64,000 nucleotides of DNA from Octopus vulgaris (lineage: Eukaryota). The DNA is taken from assembly GCA_951406725.2 (NCBI GenBank), contig OX597820.1, positions 26,164,001 to 26,228,000 of the forward strand, given 5' to 3'. The first letter of the stretch is position 1. Every line of letters begins with the position of its first letter. Shown one piece after another: positions 1 to 12,450 of the stretch. The notes under the pieces were generated by a model. It was not told the DNA's origin, did no database searches, and worked only from the letters and a program-made list of their open reading frames with translations. Both the position numbers and the translations under genes were made by a program.

Positions 1-518
1 TCCCTTTTGTAAACCTGCCTCCTTCATTCACTTCAACATTAGTCACAACATGATTTATAATTAGTACAGTTGGTAATATGTATTCGCCATTACTGATACT
101 TCAATCAACTATGTTGTTGAAAGGGCAACTCATTGATATTTAAAATTAAAAATAGTTGCATATTGTAGACCAGTTTGGATATTAACATCTGTTGACTGAT
201 TTACTCTAGCAAAAATATTTGTCAGATTATTATTGCAAGATTTTATGCTTATCCTAGTGTATTTTGCATTTCACAAGAAAGAAAAAAAAGAAAAGAAAAG
301 AAAAAACAGGCCAAGATAACAAGAAGTTTGGAATAATTGATGAAGGGATAAAATAGCATTTTGAAATGTTAAGTAAACAACATGTTTGTGGAAAAATAAT
401 GTTTTTAGCTAATTGTTGTTTCAAGTAGTACAGTTTCTTGATAATTGCAGTCACAAACTTAGTTTCTCTATTCTTGTGTCCACATAAGGGGAAAGCTGAT
501 AATTTTTGTTTCTCTAGT

Positions 519-822
519 CTTTTGTCTTTTATTTGTTTCATTCATTGAACTGCAGCCATTCTGGAACAGATGCCGATCTCTTTTGCCAAACTATCAAGTT
601 TCAGGGACGTAAACAAACCAACACTAGTTGTCAAGCAGTAGTGGACACGCAGACGTAACACACATGACAGGCTTATTTCAGTTTCCATCTACCAAATCCA
701 TTTGCACAGCGTTGGTCAGCTTGGGGCTATAGTAGAAGACACTTGCTCAAGGTGCCATGAGATAGGATTGAACTTATGACCACATGGTTGGGAAACCAGT
801 TTCTCAGAACACACAGCCATGC
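519..822 (-). mobile_element. SINE family A, tail type 1 (tRNA-like head, CR1-like 3' tail), degenerate copy
   Basis: Shares blocks with 37917-38282 and 56622-56947: ttcagtttccatctaccaaatcc, gctatagtagaagacacttgctcaaggtgcca, accacatggttggg, cacagccatgc. Boundaries approximate. Confidence 0.85.
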
Positions 823-3127
823 TGAATATTATTAAAAATAAAAAAGATATTACAACAAACTATATGTTTGCATTGGCCAGCTCTGATCCAATTTATTCAA
901 ACTGATTTAAATGCAAGAAGTTATATTACACTTTAGTATTTTATGAATTTATTGACAATTAACTTGGTATCCAGGTAGTTTTGAAGAATAGTCACTATCC
1001 AATATGTTGCCAGATCAATTCTGCAAGGTGCTAATTGTGCACATGTTAACTTGTCAATCCCTTACAATAAAATGATTTTCGTAATTTTTGAAGTGACTTA
1101 GCTAAGCCAAGACTATCTAACTAGACCTTGTTTCATTCCCACCTCCTCTTTCTTTGTGATTCCTACCCTCCATTTTTCTCTCTCTTTGTAATCAGGACTT
1201 GCAGCAATTTCTGGATTGTTGTTGTCAACAGCAAACATTTTGTTTGTGCTGCTTTCAGTATTGCTGAGTTGAAAAACTTGCTCTCTTTATTTATTCAGTT
1301 GCTTACGTTTTCATTGCCTTCAATAAAGTAAAGAAAGAAATGATTGAAATTGAACATTCTAGTTTCCATGGAATTTGATGTTATATTGTATTAGCGTTCA
1401 GAATTAAATAGTATTATTTATATATTAACGAGTTTTACCATTAAATTTTAATAGAATTGGTTTTTCACCCCCCATCTCCCACCCCAGTTCAATTGCACTT
1501 CATGGTGTAACTTACCTTAAGTATATTTACAAAATGAATACAATAATTTTCTTTGTGAATTTCAGATAAACCATACTTTAAATTAAATGTTTTTCACTTT
1601 CTTTTAAAAGTTTTATATTTTGTATATATATATTTCGTAAAGTATGTAGTATATAATTACTTATTTATAAATTGCATTAGAAATTATTTCATCATTGAAA
1701 TTACTGGAAATGTAAAATTAGTATTCATTCAGTATTGTAACTTTGAGAAGTTTGATGTTTCATAACAAAACAAAGAAAAAGAGAAGAAAAAAAAGAAAAA
1801 AAAGCAATTAGTCGGCTGGTTTCTGATATCTTGAACTAGCTAAGAATTTGAAGCACAAAATAAATGATATACAAAAGTGTTAAATATTATGAAGACATCA
1901 ATTTTAGACTTTGTATCGTTATTAGTTTTTCATTCATTTTATACATATTTTCAACTCTAATAAATTATTTAATTATATTTCTTGAAATATTTTTACTTCA
2001 GAATATGAAGTAAATTTTTTTTTCTTCTCCTGAATGTGCCTCGATACAGGTTTTAACTGCTGGCATTCATTTGTTTAAAATATTTTGTAAAATATATCGA
2101 TTATTTTTGTAGTGAACAACAGTACAAGTAGTTAAGGCCTGAAGACTGGATTTTTCATATGATGTGGGAGTAGTAAATAAATTTTGTAAATTAGACAACA
2201 CAGTTGTATGTAGGTGTCAAGTCAGCTCTGATCAAGCTAGCCTACAACATGCAAGTAGTCATCTAAAGAGGACTAGATGCAATTTCTAAATATATATTTC
2301 AGATAAACTTTACTTTTGTGTCAATGAAGAACAGACTACATTCTGACAGAATCTGCTTAACTGCATGGGTTTAAAGTTGCAGTCTGGACATGATGTATTC
2401 TCTTTATATTCTTGTAGATTCTAAGTGGACTTAATCAAAGCATGGCAGTTGCTGTCATTCTGTACTTATTGTTTGTGGTGTGTGCCTCGGTATAGTATTT
2501 AGGTTTAATGAAGTTATTAACGCTGCTAGTGTTAAGTGCTTTTTAGAATGGTGTTGTACATGTACCTGGGTAGTTTAGAGTAATTATTAAATGCATAATA
2601 GATAGAATGTAAATGGACAGAAAAGACGCCACTAGGTAATTTTGTTTTTGCGTCAGTTTCTTGGTAATTCCTTGCTGATACACACATGCATTCATGCACA
2701 TGTATGTGGGAATATTATCTGTCATAAAGTAGGTAATGTTGGGAATATATATTATGCTGCTCTGGGTTATCAGGTAATTTTATATAGGTACAGTAACTAT
2801 AATTTTACATTTTGTGATGAAATATGTATTTTCAAAGTAAAAATATACATTAAAATAGATTAAAATTATTTTAAATTTCTCATATATTATTAATAACAAC
2901 ATTAGTGTTTAATTATCAATTTATTACAACTATAACATTGCCTTATTTTACCAAACTGGCAGAAAGTTTGTGTCTCAACTTCCCCTGTCATATGATGGAT
3001 ATCATTCTAGTTAGTGTATAGTAACCATGCATGAGGAAGTCTATAAGATCTGTGTTATCTCTCTCTTTAGAGACAGAAATATGGTAGATTCTGCTGGTTA
3101 TATTAACAAAATACACATATATATATG

Positions 3128-3243
3128 TGATGAGCTTTCACAGTTTCCATCTACCAAATTTCACTGACAAGATCATTATGGGTATCAAACTTAGAACCAT
3201 ATAGTGGTAAAGCTAACATCATTACCACACTACCATGTCTGCA
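3128..3243 (-). mobile_element. SINE family A head fragment (internally deleted)
   Basis: cagtttccatctaccaaattt...agaaccatatagtgg...taccacactaccatg matches the family A head. Confidence 0.6.
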
Positions 3244-3269
3244 ACCATTATATATATGCTGGACCACTA

Positions 3270-3443
3270 TTTTTTCATTCTCTCTCTGTTTATTTTCTCT
3301 TATTCCTTTCTATTGAAGAGCATAGGCTCAAAACCTAAAAGACTTTTTCATTTTCCTGAGCGTCAAATTAATACACTTGCTTGTTGTTCATACACCTGTC
3401 TTTGTCTTTTGTTTTTCTATAAATTTCAACTATATATATATAT
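3270..3443 (+). mobile_element. Penelope-like element terminal fragment ending in (TA)n
   Basis: tgaagagcataggctcaaaac motif, then ttttcctgagcgtcaa...aactatatata. A related fragment lies at 18205-18320. Family assignment is inferred. Confidence 0.45.
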
Positions 3444-3579
3444 AATTTCTGAATGTATATTATGTTATATTTTTCAAAAAAAAAAAAAAAAAGCTATAAG
3501 GATTTTAAATTATCTGTAGTTGATGTCTGCTCCTACAATTGATGTGCATATTCAAATTTTCACATCTTGCATGACATTA

Positions 3580-3960
3580 TGTAAAAGGCCACACTTGCTA
3601 CTCTTACCCAACCACTCTCATATTTTTCATTTTCACAATGATAAGATCGAGAGGACAATGCAGGTCATATGAGCTACATTATCCTCTCTACATATTCTGG
3701 CTTAAATTAAACAGGTTTGGAAATTTTCTTCCTCAAATTGATTTGTTCTTAATCATTTCCTTTGTTAGGCTACATCATTCTCTGGCTGATTCTGAGTTTT
3801 CTTCAACTCATTAATGCTTGGCTTTATTATCTTTCCCCAGGCACTTATTCTCTCAGTCAATTTATTTTCATCTTATCATTCAACTTGGGGAATCTTTCTG
3901 ATAATAGTTAGCATGTCCCTTATAAATTTTAGCATGATCTGCTGTTGTTTTTACTCGGCA
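3580..3960 (-). pseudogene. possible heavily decayed RTE-like LINE ORF C-terminal remnant
   Basis: Minus-strand fragments IKNKSI*GRK, VAHMT and MRVVG*E*QVW loosely echo RTE C-terminal motifs (IRNEEIR, WAGHI.R, KRPVGRP..RW). Many stops. Confidence 0.25.
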
Positions 3961-4955
3961 GCTCCTGATGGCTCTTACAACATAACCTCTGGTTAATTAT
4001 ATAGATTCTCCACAGAAAACGTTACATAACCTAAAGATTGCTGTCAGTGGGAAACTCTCAGTAGAAAGTTACATTACACATACACACATCATCATTGCTG
4101 ATGTCTGAATATTCATATTAATTAAGAAAAATAAAAATAAAAAAATACTTAGAAAATAAATTAAGTTTATTATCTCCTGATTTTATGAGAGTCATATTAA
4201 AAAAGAAAAGAAAAAAAAATTAAATCTAGTGTTGAAGGTAAAGAGAAAGATTGTCAGTAAGTGTGGTTTATGCATGCTGACTCATTAGCTACACTCACTG
4301 CTCAACATAAACATGTAACATGTCTTAGAAACTGGAATGTTTTTATAATCAGTTTTGATGTACTTTCAACACTATTTTGGAATTAAGGAACTTTTCCATT
4401 AAGAGCAAGTCATGCTTAGATAAATCTGTAAAATTGAATATATTTTAATTGCATTGACCTCTTTTGTTGTCGGGTTGCAAGCATAACATACATATATATA
4501 TATTTTTTTTTTTTGGGGTGTTCTGAATTTTTTTCCTTCTCTCTTCTAATTATGTCCCTCAGATTCCCTGACATCTCACTTGATACAGTTGTAAAAGGCA
4601 GTCTTTCTCAATAAATGTTTCATATATTAGCAATTTTGTTTCTTGCATGAATGAACATCTGCACACATACATACATACATTAAACTTACGCATTGTATGT
4701 GTACTGTGTATGCTTTTATAGGACAAATGACTCAACGAAGAATTTGGTTAAAAATAACAAAAGCTCTTGGTTAGAATTCCAGAGTTACTCTAATTAACAT
4801 ATATAATAAGCTGCATAGATTGATTGTAGGCTAATTAAATTGGACATGGTTTGTCAGGCGGCTTAAACTATATCCCCTCCTCCCATACAATCCATTAATA
4901 TGAAGGCGTATTTTTCTTTCCATTCTCTTAATCCCAACATAAAATATATTGACAA

Positions 4956-5060
4956 TTATAATGCCCACCCTTGAGTGTTGAAAATGTGCGTTTTGAAAAG
5001 GATATCTATTAACATGCAGAACTTGAGTGGATTCATTGTGGATTAGTTTGAGTCCATAAA
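4956..5060 (+). repeat. left arm of ~105-bp inverted repeat (partner 7132-7238)
   Basis: ttataatgcccaccc...gattagtttgagtccataaa is the reverse complement of 7132-7238 with a few substitutions and small indels. Confidence 0.9.
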
Positions 5061-5657
5061 GGCAAATTTATGTAATCAATTTACTGATATTTCTTTTTTG
5101 TTACTTACAAAAGAAAGAATACAAAAAAAAAAAAGAGAAAAGAACCAACAAACCAAGCAAATATTTGTCAGGAATGACAGTAGAAAAGATGGGTTAGTGT
5201 AGCTCTAATCAAATTGTTGGCATTTCTGTATTTTAACCGTAGTTCATTATTAAACAAGCTAAAAATATTTGAAAACCTTGATCAGAATATAGGAAAACAA
5301 TCTCTGAAACAAATTGTGTTACTAAAGAGACCATTTTAGCATCCCTTCTACATAGTCATCATTTAATTCTAAGAGGAAAGTGGGGTGGGGTGGGGTGGAG
5401 AAAAGAAAAGAAAAGAAAATGAAGTTCATATTTATTGTGTTAATATAGTTACTTAAAAAAGGATAGACATTACAATAGAAACACTATTCTTCATGATGGC
5501 TAACTATAGAATATAGTGTTAGATGTAGCCATCCATGAATAGGTGTAATCAAACAGCCTTGTGTAATGTAGCCAAATAGTTACTTTGTTTGGTTAAAGTT
5601 ACTTGACTTTGACAGATTTGTTTATCAGAAGTTGCTCAACAGATCTTCAAATCTCAA

Positions 5658-5789
<132 letters not shown>

Positions 5790-6174
5790 CTCAACTGCTG
5801 GCTCACTAGTAACTAGGTTGTGGTTAGTGAATTGAGTTGCACAAATCTGTATACGATTTATATTTGATAATTTAGTTTAGAGTTATTTTTTGAATATTGA
5901 TTTCTATATCACTGATACTTATTGATCAAGAGAGATGAAGGACTGGGTTGCTTGGTAGGATTCAAAACAGTAGATAGAGGGATAAAACTAAATACCATTT
6001 TTGTCAAATCATTATCATCATTATTATAGAAAATGTGTGTCCTTTTTATTTATACTAAAAAAACAAAAAACAAAAAAAAAAACCCAATCCATTCATATTG
6101 CGCTTTTCCAACAGATGTCAGTTTGATAATTTTCTTTTCATTTCTATTGATATCCAGATCATTTAGTGATTGAT

Positions 6175-6845
6175 TGGTTTCTGGCATACTAGTAGAATTG
6201 ACTGTATATTTTGTCACCAGCATAGTAGCAAGTTACTGCACATTTTGAACAGTAGGTATTGTTTACTATTGTAAACATGGTAACATTGACAAGCTTTCAT
6301 AAGCTTGTAGTGAGCTCAAATATCCTCATGATCTTGAAGAAGACAGTGGGAAACCTCAGCAGTATTCATTTTTTGAATAACTAAATGAATGAATTTGTAA
6401 TCTTCTGCATTTTCCCAACAGCTGATTGGGTTATGGAATAATATCCAATCATCCAATCTCTTTTGGGTAATTTTCTATTTGTAATGTTTCTGTTTCTCCC
6501 ATAGCTATCTATATGACGAAGTTGATGATCAGATGAAACAACAGGGGTGACAGGAGACAACCCTGTAATGATGTTGAAGAATTCTGTGTTGCTACTTTCA
6601 GTACTCACATAGTCTGTAGACTCAAGGTGGAAATGTAGTCTTCTCAGATACCATATGCCTTGGCAGTACACCACAGCATTTCTCTGTGTATTCTGTCAAA
6701 AGCTTTTTTTACAATCAATAAACCAGTGTTTTCTGGAATTCCAGGCACTGCTCCACAATGTTTTACAGTACAAAGATCTGTTCACTGCATGATCTTTGTG
6801 ATTGCTCTTCCCCATTGCAATACATTCTTGGAAGCATCAGAATAG
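6175..6845 (-). pseudogene. RTE-clade LINE reverse transcriptase remnant
   Basis: Minus-strand translation gives RSCSEQIFVL*NIVEQCLEFQKTL, FIDCKKAFDRIHREMLWCTAKAYGI, TEFFNIITG and SPLLFHLIINFVI. These are RTE-type RT motifs, broken by stops and frameshifts. Confidence 0.8.
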
Positions 6846-7131
6846 TGTTACTGTGTCTACATATGTCAATCCTGTGTATAAGCCAGCCATTGATTTTTAG
6901 CTCAGGTATCAATAATTTATTATAGGATCGAGATATTGGCTGACACCCCTCCTTTTCTTTTTTTGATGGTGATGGAACAAGTTATACTGGCAGTAATAAA
7001 GTAATATACTTTATATGGTACCCCACCGTTTAGTCATTCCTCTGTGTTTGCACAGTTGCATGTATGTGTGATTATGTACCTATGACATCTCTCCCTCTGG
7101 ACACTGAATGTTGTGTTTGTTTAACCTTACA

Positions 7132-7238
7132 TTTATGGACTCAAACTAATCCACAATGAATCCACTAAGTCCTGTATGTTAATAGATATCCTTTTCAAAA
7201 TGCACAATTTCAACACTCAAGGAGGGTGGGCATTATAA
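7132..7238 (-). repeat. right arm of ~105-bp inverted repeat (partner 4956-5060)
   Basis: tttatggactcaaactaatccacaatgaatccac...ggagggtgggcattataa. Confidence 0.9.
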
Positions 7239-7239
7239 A

Positions 7240-7398
7240 TGAAGAATTTAGTAAAATAACTTTGTCCTTAAATAACTCGGTATTTGGAACAAATTGGTAT
7301 GAAATTTTGAAAGAAAGATTTTAATTTAGATCATTTTAAAGCAGGAAGTTTGTAATATAGAACCAGCAGTGGCCTTGGATGAGTTGGTATCAAAAGGG
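7240..7398. mobile_element. truncated TTAA-type (piggyBac-like) MITE related to 45454-45673
   Basis: aagaatttagtaaaataac and agattttaatt blocks are shared with the reverse complement of 45454-45673. Ends ...caaaaggg|ttaa. Confidence 0.7.
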
Positions 7399-8251
7399 TT
7401 AATGTAACATACTGATTTAGCTGTTATGATGAAGCAGTGCACTCTAGGACACGACACTATATTCAAACTACCAATGCATTGACCACAAACACTTGTTGCC
7501 TCTGTCACTTCTGAACATTTCTAGAATGGTACAGTAGATACATATACAAAACAATACAGCACATACATATATAAGCTTGCATTGCATGTAATATTTATAG
7601 ATTTTTTTTTTCCTTCAGATTCATAGGAAATTTCCACAATGCCTTCTGCTGATTAAATCAAGTGTTTCAGGTCAGACAGCAGTTTGGAAAAAAAAAATAA
7701 GAAAAAAATAAAAAGGAAACCCAATGGGATTTGCACAATATTTTCTGCTAAACTGTTTTACCTGCAGTATTGTAAAACAATTGAGGAAAAGTAATACAAC
7801 TCAACATTCTAAACAGGAATACTATAAACTAACAAGTTGTGAGTAGGCTACCATTAGTGAAGACATAGTAAACTCATTCTTTTAACATTAATTTGAAAAA
7901 TGAAACTAGTTTACAACTAAGTTCAAGCTTTGAGTGATTGAATATGCAGAGAAAAGAATTTAGAGTGTTAGTAGTTGGAAAAGGTTATCTGAAAAATAGA
8001 TGACAGAAAATAAATGTACTAACAGAGGAAAATGTAACAAATGGCCATAGTTGCAAGTGGAACTGGCAAAGTATGTCAACGAAAACTGACGAAATGAATG
8101 TGGTGTTTCCTGAGAATCTGTATGTGTTTTTTGTCTTGAAATTGAGATATGGATCTTGCACAGAATCTTTCACAAGAACTGTCATAAGACATATATGAAG
8201 TGAGGCAATAATACAAGCTCCAACACTAGCAATATGTGAATGAATTATTAA

Positions 8252-8840
8252 TTTTTTTTATTTCTTCTATTTCATCTAGTTTCAGCTCACAAGCTATGCC
8301 CATGCTTGGGCACCACCATTTGGTGTTGCTACATAATTTTACTTCATGAATGCTTTTTAGCAATTGGCATTTGGTGCATGAGGGAGTTTGATGCAGCTGC
8401 CCTCATCTGCACCTCCTGCTACAAAGTTGGTTCATCTGGGACACCTGACAGGAAGAGGTCCAGCTTTATTTTGAAGACACCTATATCCACCCCATGCAGG
8501 TCTCTTAAGTCCTTTGGGAGGATATTGAAGAGCTGTGGACCTCTAAAGACCAAGCTATTGCAGTATCTTGTCCTACATCTTGATGGCAAATTTGGAGTCC
8601 TTGGCACTATGCAGTGGCACCCAGTTCTAGTATTTGTGTAATTCTCGATGCCAAAGTTTGGGACAAATCCTTCCAGATGTATATTATGTCATAGCTTTCT
8701 CGCCTACGCTCTAAGGAATAGAGTTTTAATCTCTTGAGTCTTTCCCAATAGCTTATATGCTGCATAAAGGCTATCTTCTTCGTGTAGCTTTGTTGGATTG
8801 CCTCAAGTCCTGAGATTAATTTGACACTGAATTGTGGAGG
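8252..8840 (-). mobile_element. 5'-truncated CR1-group LINE: ORF2 C-terminus plus 3' UTR and tail
   Basis: Minus-strand translation LEAIQQSYTKKIAFMQHISYWERLKRLKLYSLERRRESYDIIYIWK, then RGPQLFNILPKDLRDLHGVDIGVFKIKLDLFLSGVPDEP, typical of CR1-group ORF2 ends. A-rich tail at about 8252-8275. Confidence 0.85.
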
Positions 8841-9975
8841 CCTAGGATGAAAATAAACAAGAAATTATGACATTCTTTTAAGAAACTTGGGAATTTGAAT
8901 TCTATTGATGAAACAAATAATGATTTGTCGTAAGATGGTGTGAGTACTGACCACATGCTTGAGGAAGAAGATACTGATACAGGAGCCATTTGGTTCTGAT
9001 GATGACAACACGGACAGTAAAATTTATATTGAGAAATATTGTTGGGTTTCACTTACAGAATATATTTCTCTTGTTTTAAATGTACTTAATAGAAATTGAT
9101 GCTTCAGATTTAATCAAAAAACAAATTAATGTCTCACTATCAATAAACCTCTAAATATGAAGATGCTGCACTTAAAAATGAAGTGTAAGATGTAAACTCC
9201 AGACACCATACACTTAAAAATAAAGGCATTGCACATAATTATAAAAGACTGCATATTATTTCATTACTAATTGGTTCAAAATTTGTATTTACTACTTGTA
9301 GCTGGCAAATATTATTCATGTCTAAAGCTAGTAGTTGCTCCTAGCCATTCTTATTTATGCACAAATTTCGAGTAACCAAACTATTACTTGTGTATAGGTC
9401 CTGTCCCATCACACACAGACACACATTTTGCTTAAAAATTTGGCCTTCAATACTCTTGAGTATATACAACAATTGTTGAACATTTGGGTATAATGCCAGC
9501 ACAGCTATTTTGGTGAAAATGCATCCTGGCTAAAGTTAATTTCATGAAAATGTTTCAGCATTTATTACGTATGTCAGTGTGCATGTAACTTTTAAACATT
9601 TCCTTTTGGAGGAAAGAAGAAGAAAAAAAAAGGAAAGATAGTCAAGAGAGTGAATATTGGGTAATGTAGTAATTTGAAATAAATTATAGGATAGTCTTGG
9701 CAAGAAAGCTTCTCATCATAGGTCTTTTCAATGAGCACTCAGAGTTAAACAAACAACATCATTTAGTTTTACAATTGTATTATATAATGCAGGTGTTGAA
9801 ATCACAGCATATATTTTCTTGATAATAATCCATAAATGATGTCTTCCCATAGGAGATGATCAGTAGGATTGTGTATTGTGTGATATTAGAAGGAAAACTG
9901 TCCCCTGAGCAGTTTTCTGGCAGCCATTTTGATAAGGATATATATCAACATGTAAATGTGTGTGTTCATGTGTGT

Positions 9976-10048
9976 GCCAAAATAGTGCAGTTTAGAGTGT
10001 GTTAAACTAAAGACCTAAAAGTCTTTAGTTCAATCTAGGGTTTAGGCA
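9976..10048 (+). pseudogene. decayed tRNA-Phe (GAA) gene
   Basis: 73 nt, gap-free by-eye alignment to metazoan tRNA-Phe (GCCGAAATAGCTCAGTTGGGAGAGCGTTAGACTGAAGATCTAAAGGTCCCTGGTTCGATCCCGGGTTTCGGCA) at about 55/73. Anticodon now reads AAA, the D-loop GG is lost, and TTTT follows. Confidence 0.8.
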
Positions 10049-11894
10049 TTTTGATCAGGGGCTCTGTTTTGCTTTTGAAATCGATTGACTCTCTTCGAGA
10101 GGTGATAGAAGTATTTTCGATCACGCACACACACAGACACACACACCAATCAAAGCATGATTTCTGCACATGCAGAAACATTCATTGACTAATAAAAGAA
10201 AAATATAGCCATTGACCAATATTGTTTTTCCATATTGCACATATATATTTTTAGATATTTTTTTAAAGTTTCCACATTAAATATGTTATCTCTAACTTCC
10301 ACTAGGATAATCATACTCTGGCACAGAGTCATTTGTAACCTCAACACAATGTTGTAATGAACTATATTATGTTGTCCATCACCAAACTTAAAGGTTCAGA
10401 TTTTATAGTTTTTAATACGACTTCTTGTTTTAGCAAAATGCTTTTTGTAGATTCATATAAAGTACATGTAGCCTTCGGTGTCACAATTATATAATCTAGA
10501 AACGCATTGTAGTGTTAACGAAAAGTATAGTCCATGTAGTAGACTTGTAAAAAATCATGGGAGCGTGGAAAATTATGTTAAATGGTGAGAGACGTCTAGA
10601 GAAGAGTACATGTATGTATGCTTGCTTATGCATATCATTCATTGATGTTACTTCCTCATTTTGTATGTATCAGTGGTTTATTTTTAGTTTAGAAATAGAA
10701 TTACAGTTTCTCAGATTTGTTAGAAAATTGAAATCATTGAATTCACATAGGTTTATATGCTTGAGTGTAAATTAGATTCATTAGATTTTTATGTAGACTT
10801 CAACTTTTTGTGTGTTTAATATTCATTTTATTTGAGCTATCTCTCTCTTTTTTTAACATCATTCCTCACTAGGTTCCTGGGTTGTAGAATTGTAGTGAGA
10901 TAGATAATCAATTTTCTCAACTGAAACGATTTGCTAGATCCCCCCCTCCTTTCCCTTCTTTGTATTTTTGTCCTTTGATATGATATTTTTGTTAATTTCA
11001 CATCTATACTCAGCATACAATATACTCTAGAACAAGAACAGATATATAGAAAGTGGATAGATGTTTTGTACCTATTTAAGTGGAACAGATATTGATTTTG
11101 TGTCATAAATTACATTGAAAATGACTTTCTCTCTCTCACTTTCTCTCTCTTCTTTGTTTCTTATAGCTATATTTTCTATTGTTATTTGCTACCTTTTGTG
11201 CCCTATATTTGTATAATGGGGTTTTCTTGACGTATGTTCCTTTGCTTATATTAGCACTTCTGTCAGAAAATAAAGCTTGAACATTGCACTTAGTAAAAGC
11301 ATAAGTTGCTGCGTGAAAAATATGAATGTCATTAGATTTGATACATATATACATAATGGATTTTTAGGATTGATCTTCTTTTAATTCGAGTTGTAGACAT
11401 ATTTATTAGTATTCACTGACATATTTTTATTACTACAAATACAGATATTGAAAAAAACAAATTAGTATGCAAGCAAACCACTGTCTCTTTTAAAAAATTT
11501 TATGTATACTGAAAACCTGTTTGTACAGCTTCTTATTAAAATTATATTTTAATGTTACTAAATCACTGTTATGGATAATATTTTCTTTGTCTTTCTTGAA
11601 CATTTAATTGGATAAAAATATGTTTTGTTAATTTTTTTTTAGTTTTGTATGAAAAATTTCTTAAAAAGTTAGTTTCGTCATGCACAGTGGTTGAAAACAC
11701 AAAATAGGGATCATGCTTGTTTGTTTTACAAAATAGGGAACAAGCTTACCTAGCAGTGAAATATTTGTGTTTGTAAATCATATAAATACCATCCTTTTAC
11801 AAAATTCTATAAATAATTATGGAGAGAGAAAAGATGTTTAAAAAAATCTCTCTTTCTCTCTCTCACCCATGCTTGTTTTACAATTGTTGACAGT

Positions 11895-12290
11895 CATGGG
11901 CCTCCCTTGCCAAGACCTGAGGAATTTTGTTGTTTTTTTTTAAAGATACAGTGGAGAATTCCTGTGCCTCTTACTTTTTTACTAGCCTCCTGTTCTTGTG
12001 AGTTGACCTTTCAAGCACAAGGCCTTTTAGCCCCAAGGCAAAAGGACTGGTGTTCAAGACATCAAAGCAAGTCCACATACTTGCGCCTGTGAGGCACATC
12101 TCTTGGAGGCCAGCCCATGTCATATATAGCCTTAACCACAAGACCATCTTCTGCAGTTTGACCTGCAACTGGGACCCATGACAAGTTCTATCATCCCAGG
12201 TCAGAGTGGACCTGGGAGATGTAACTAAGGGATAGTACCATGCTTCTCCAAACTCCTGGACTCAAGCCTCACTACTGGATACCCAAGACA
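11895..12290. mobile_element. GC-richer unclassified interspersed repeat (retroposon-like)
   Basis: Compositional island containing ggtcagagtggacctgggag...ggactcaagcctcac; no convincing ORF. Confidence 0.4.
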
Positions 12291-12305
12291 GAAAAAATAT
12301 AGTTA

Positions 12306-12450
12306 ATCCACTTGATACAAACCTGCTGGAGACCTCACCTGGTTCTATGATACAAACTTACTGTCATAAAGTGATTGAAATTGAAACCTTCCATCAAAAT
12401 TTTGTATTAATTTATATCTCAAATACCAGCTGAATAATGACAATAATAAC
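12306..12450. mobile_element. degenerate TTAA-type MITE fragment (45454-45673 family)
   Basis: ttaatccacttgatacaaacc...aaaccttccatcaaaattttg...tgaataatgacaa parallels 45454-45595. Confidence 0.5.
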
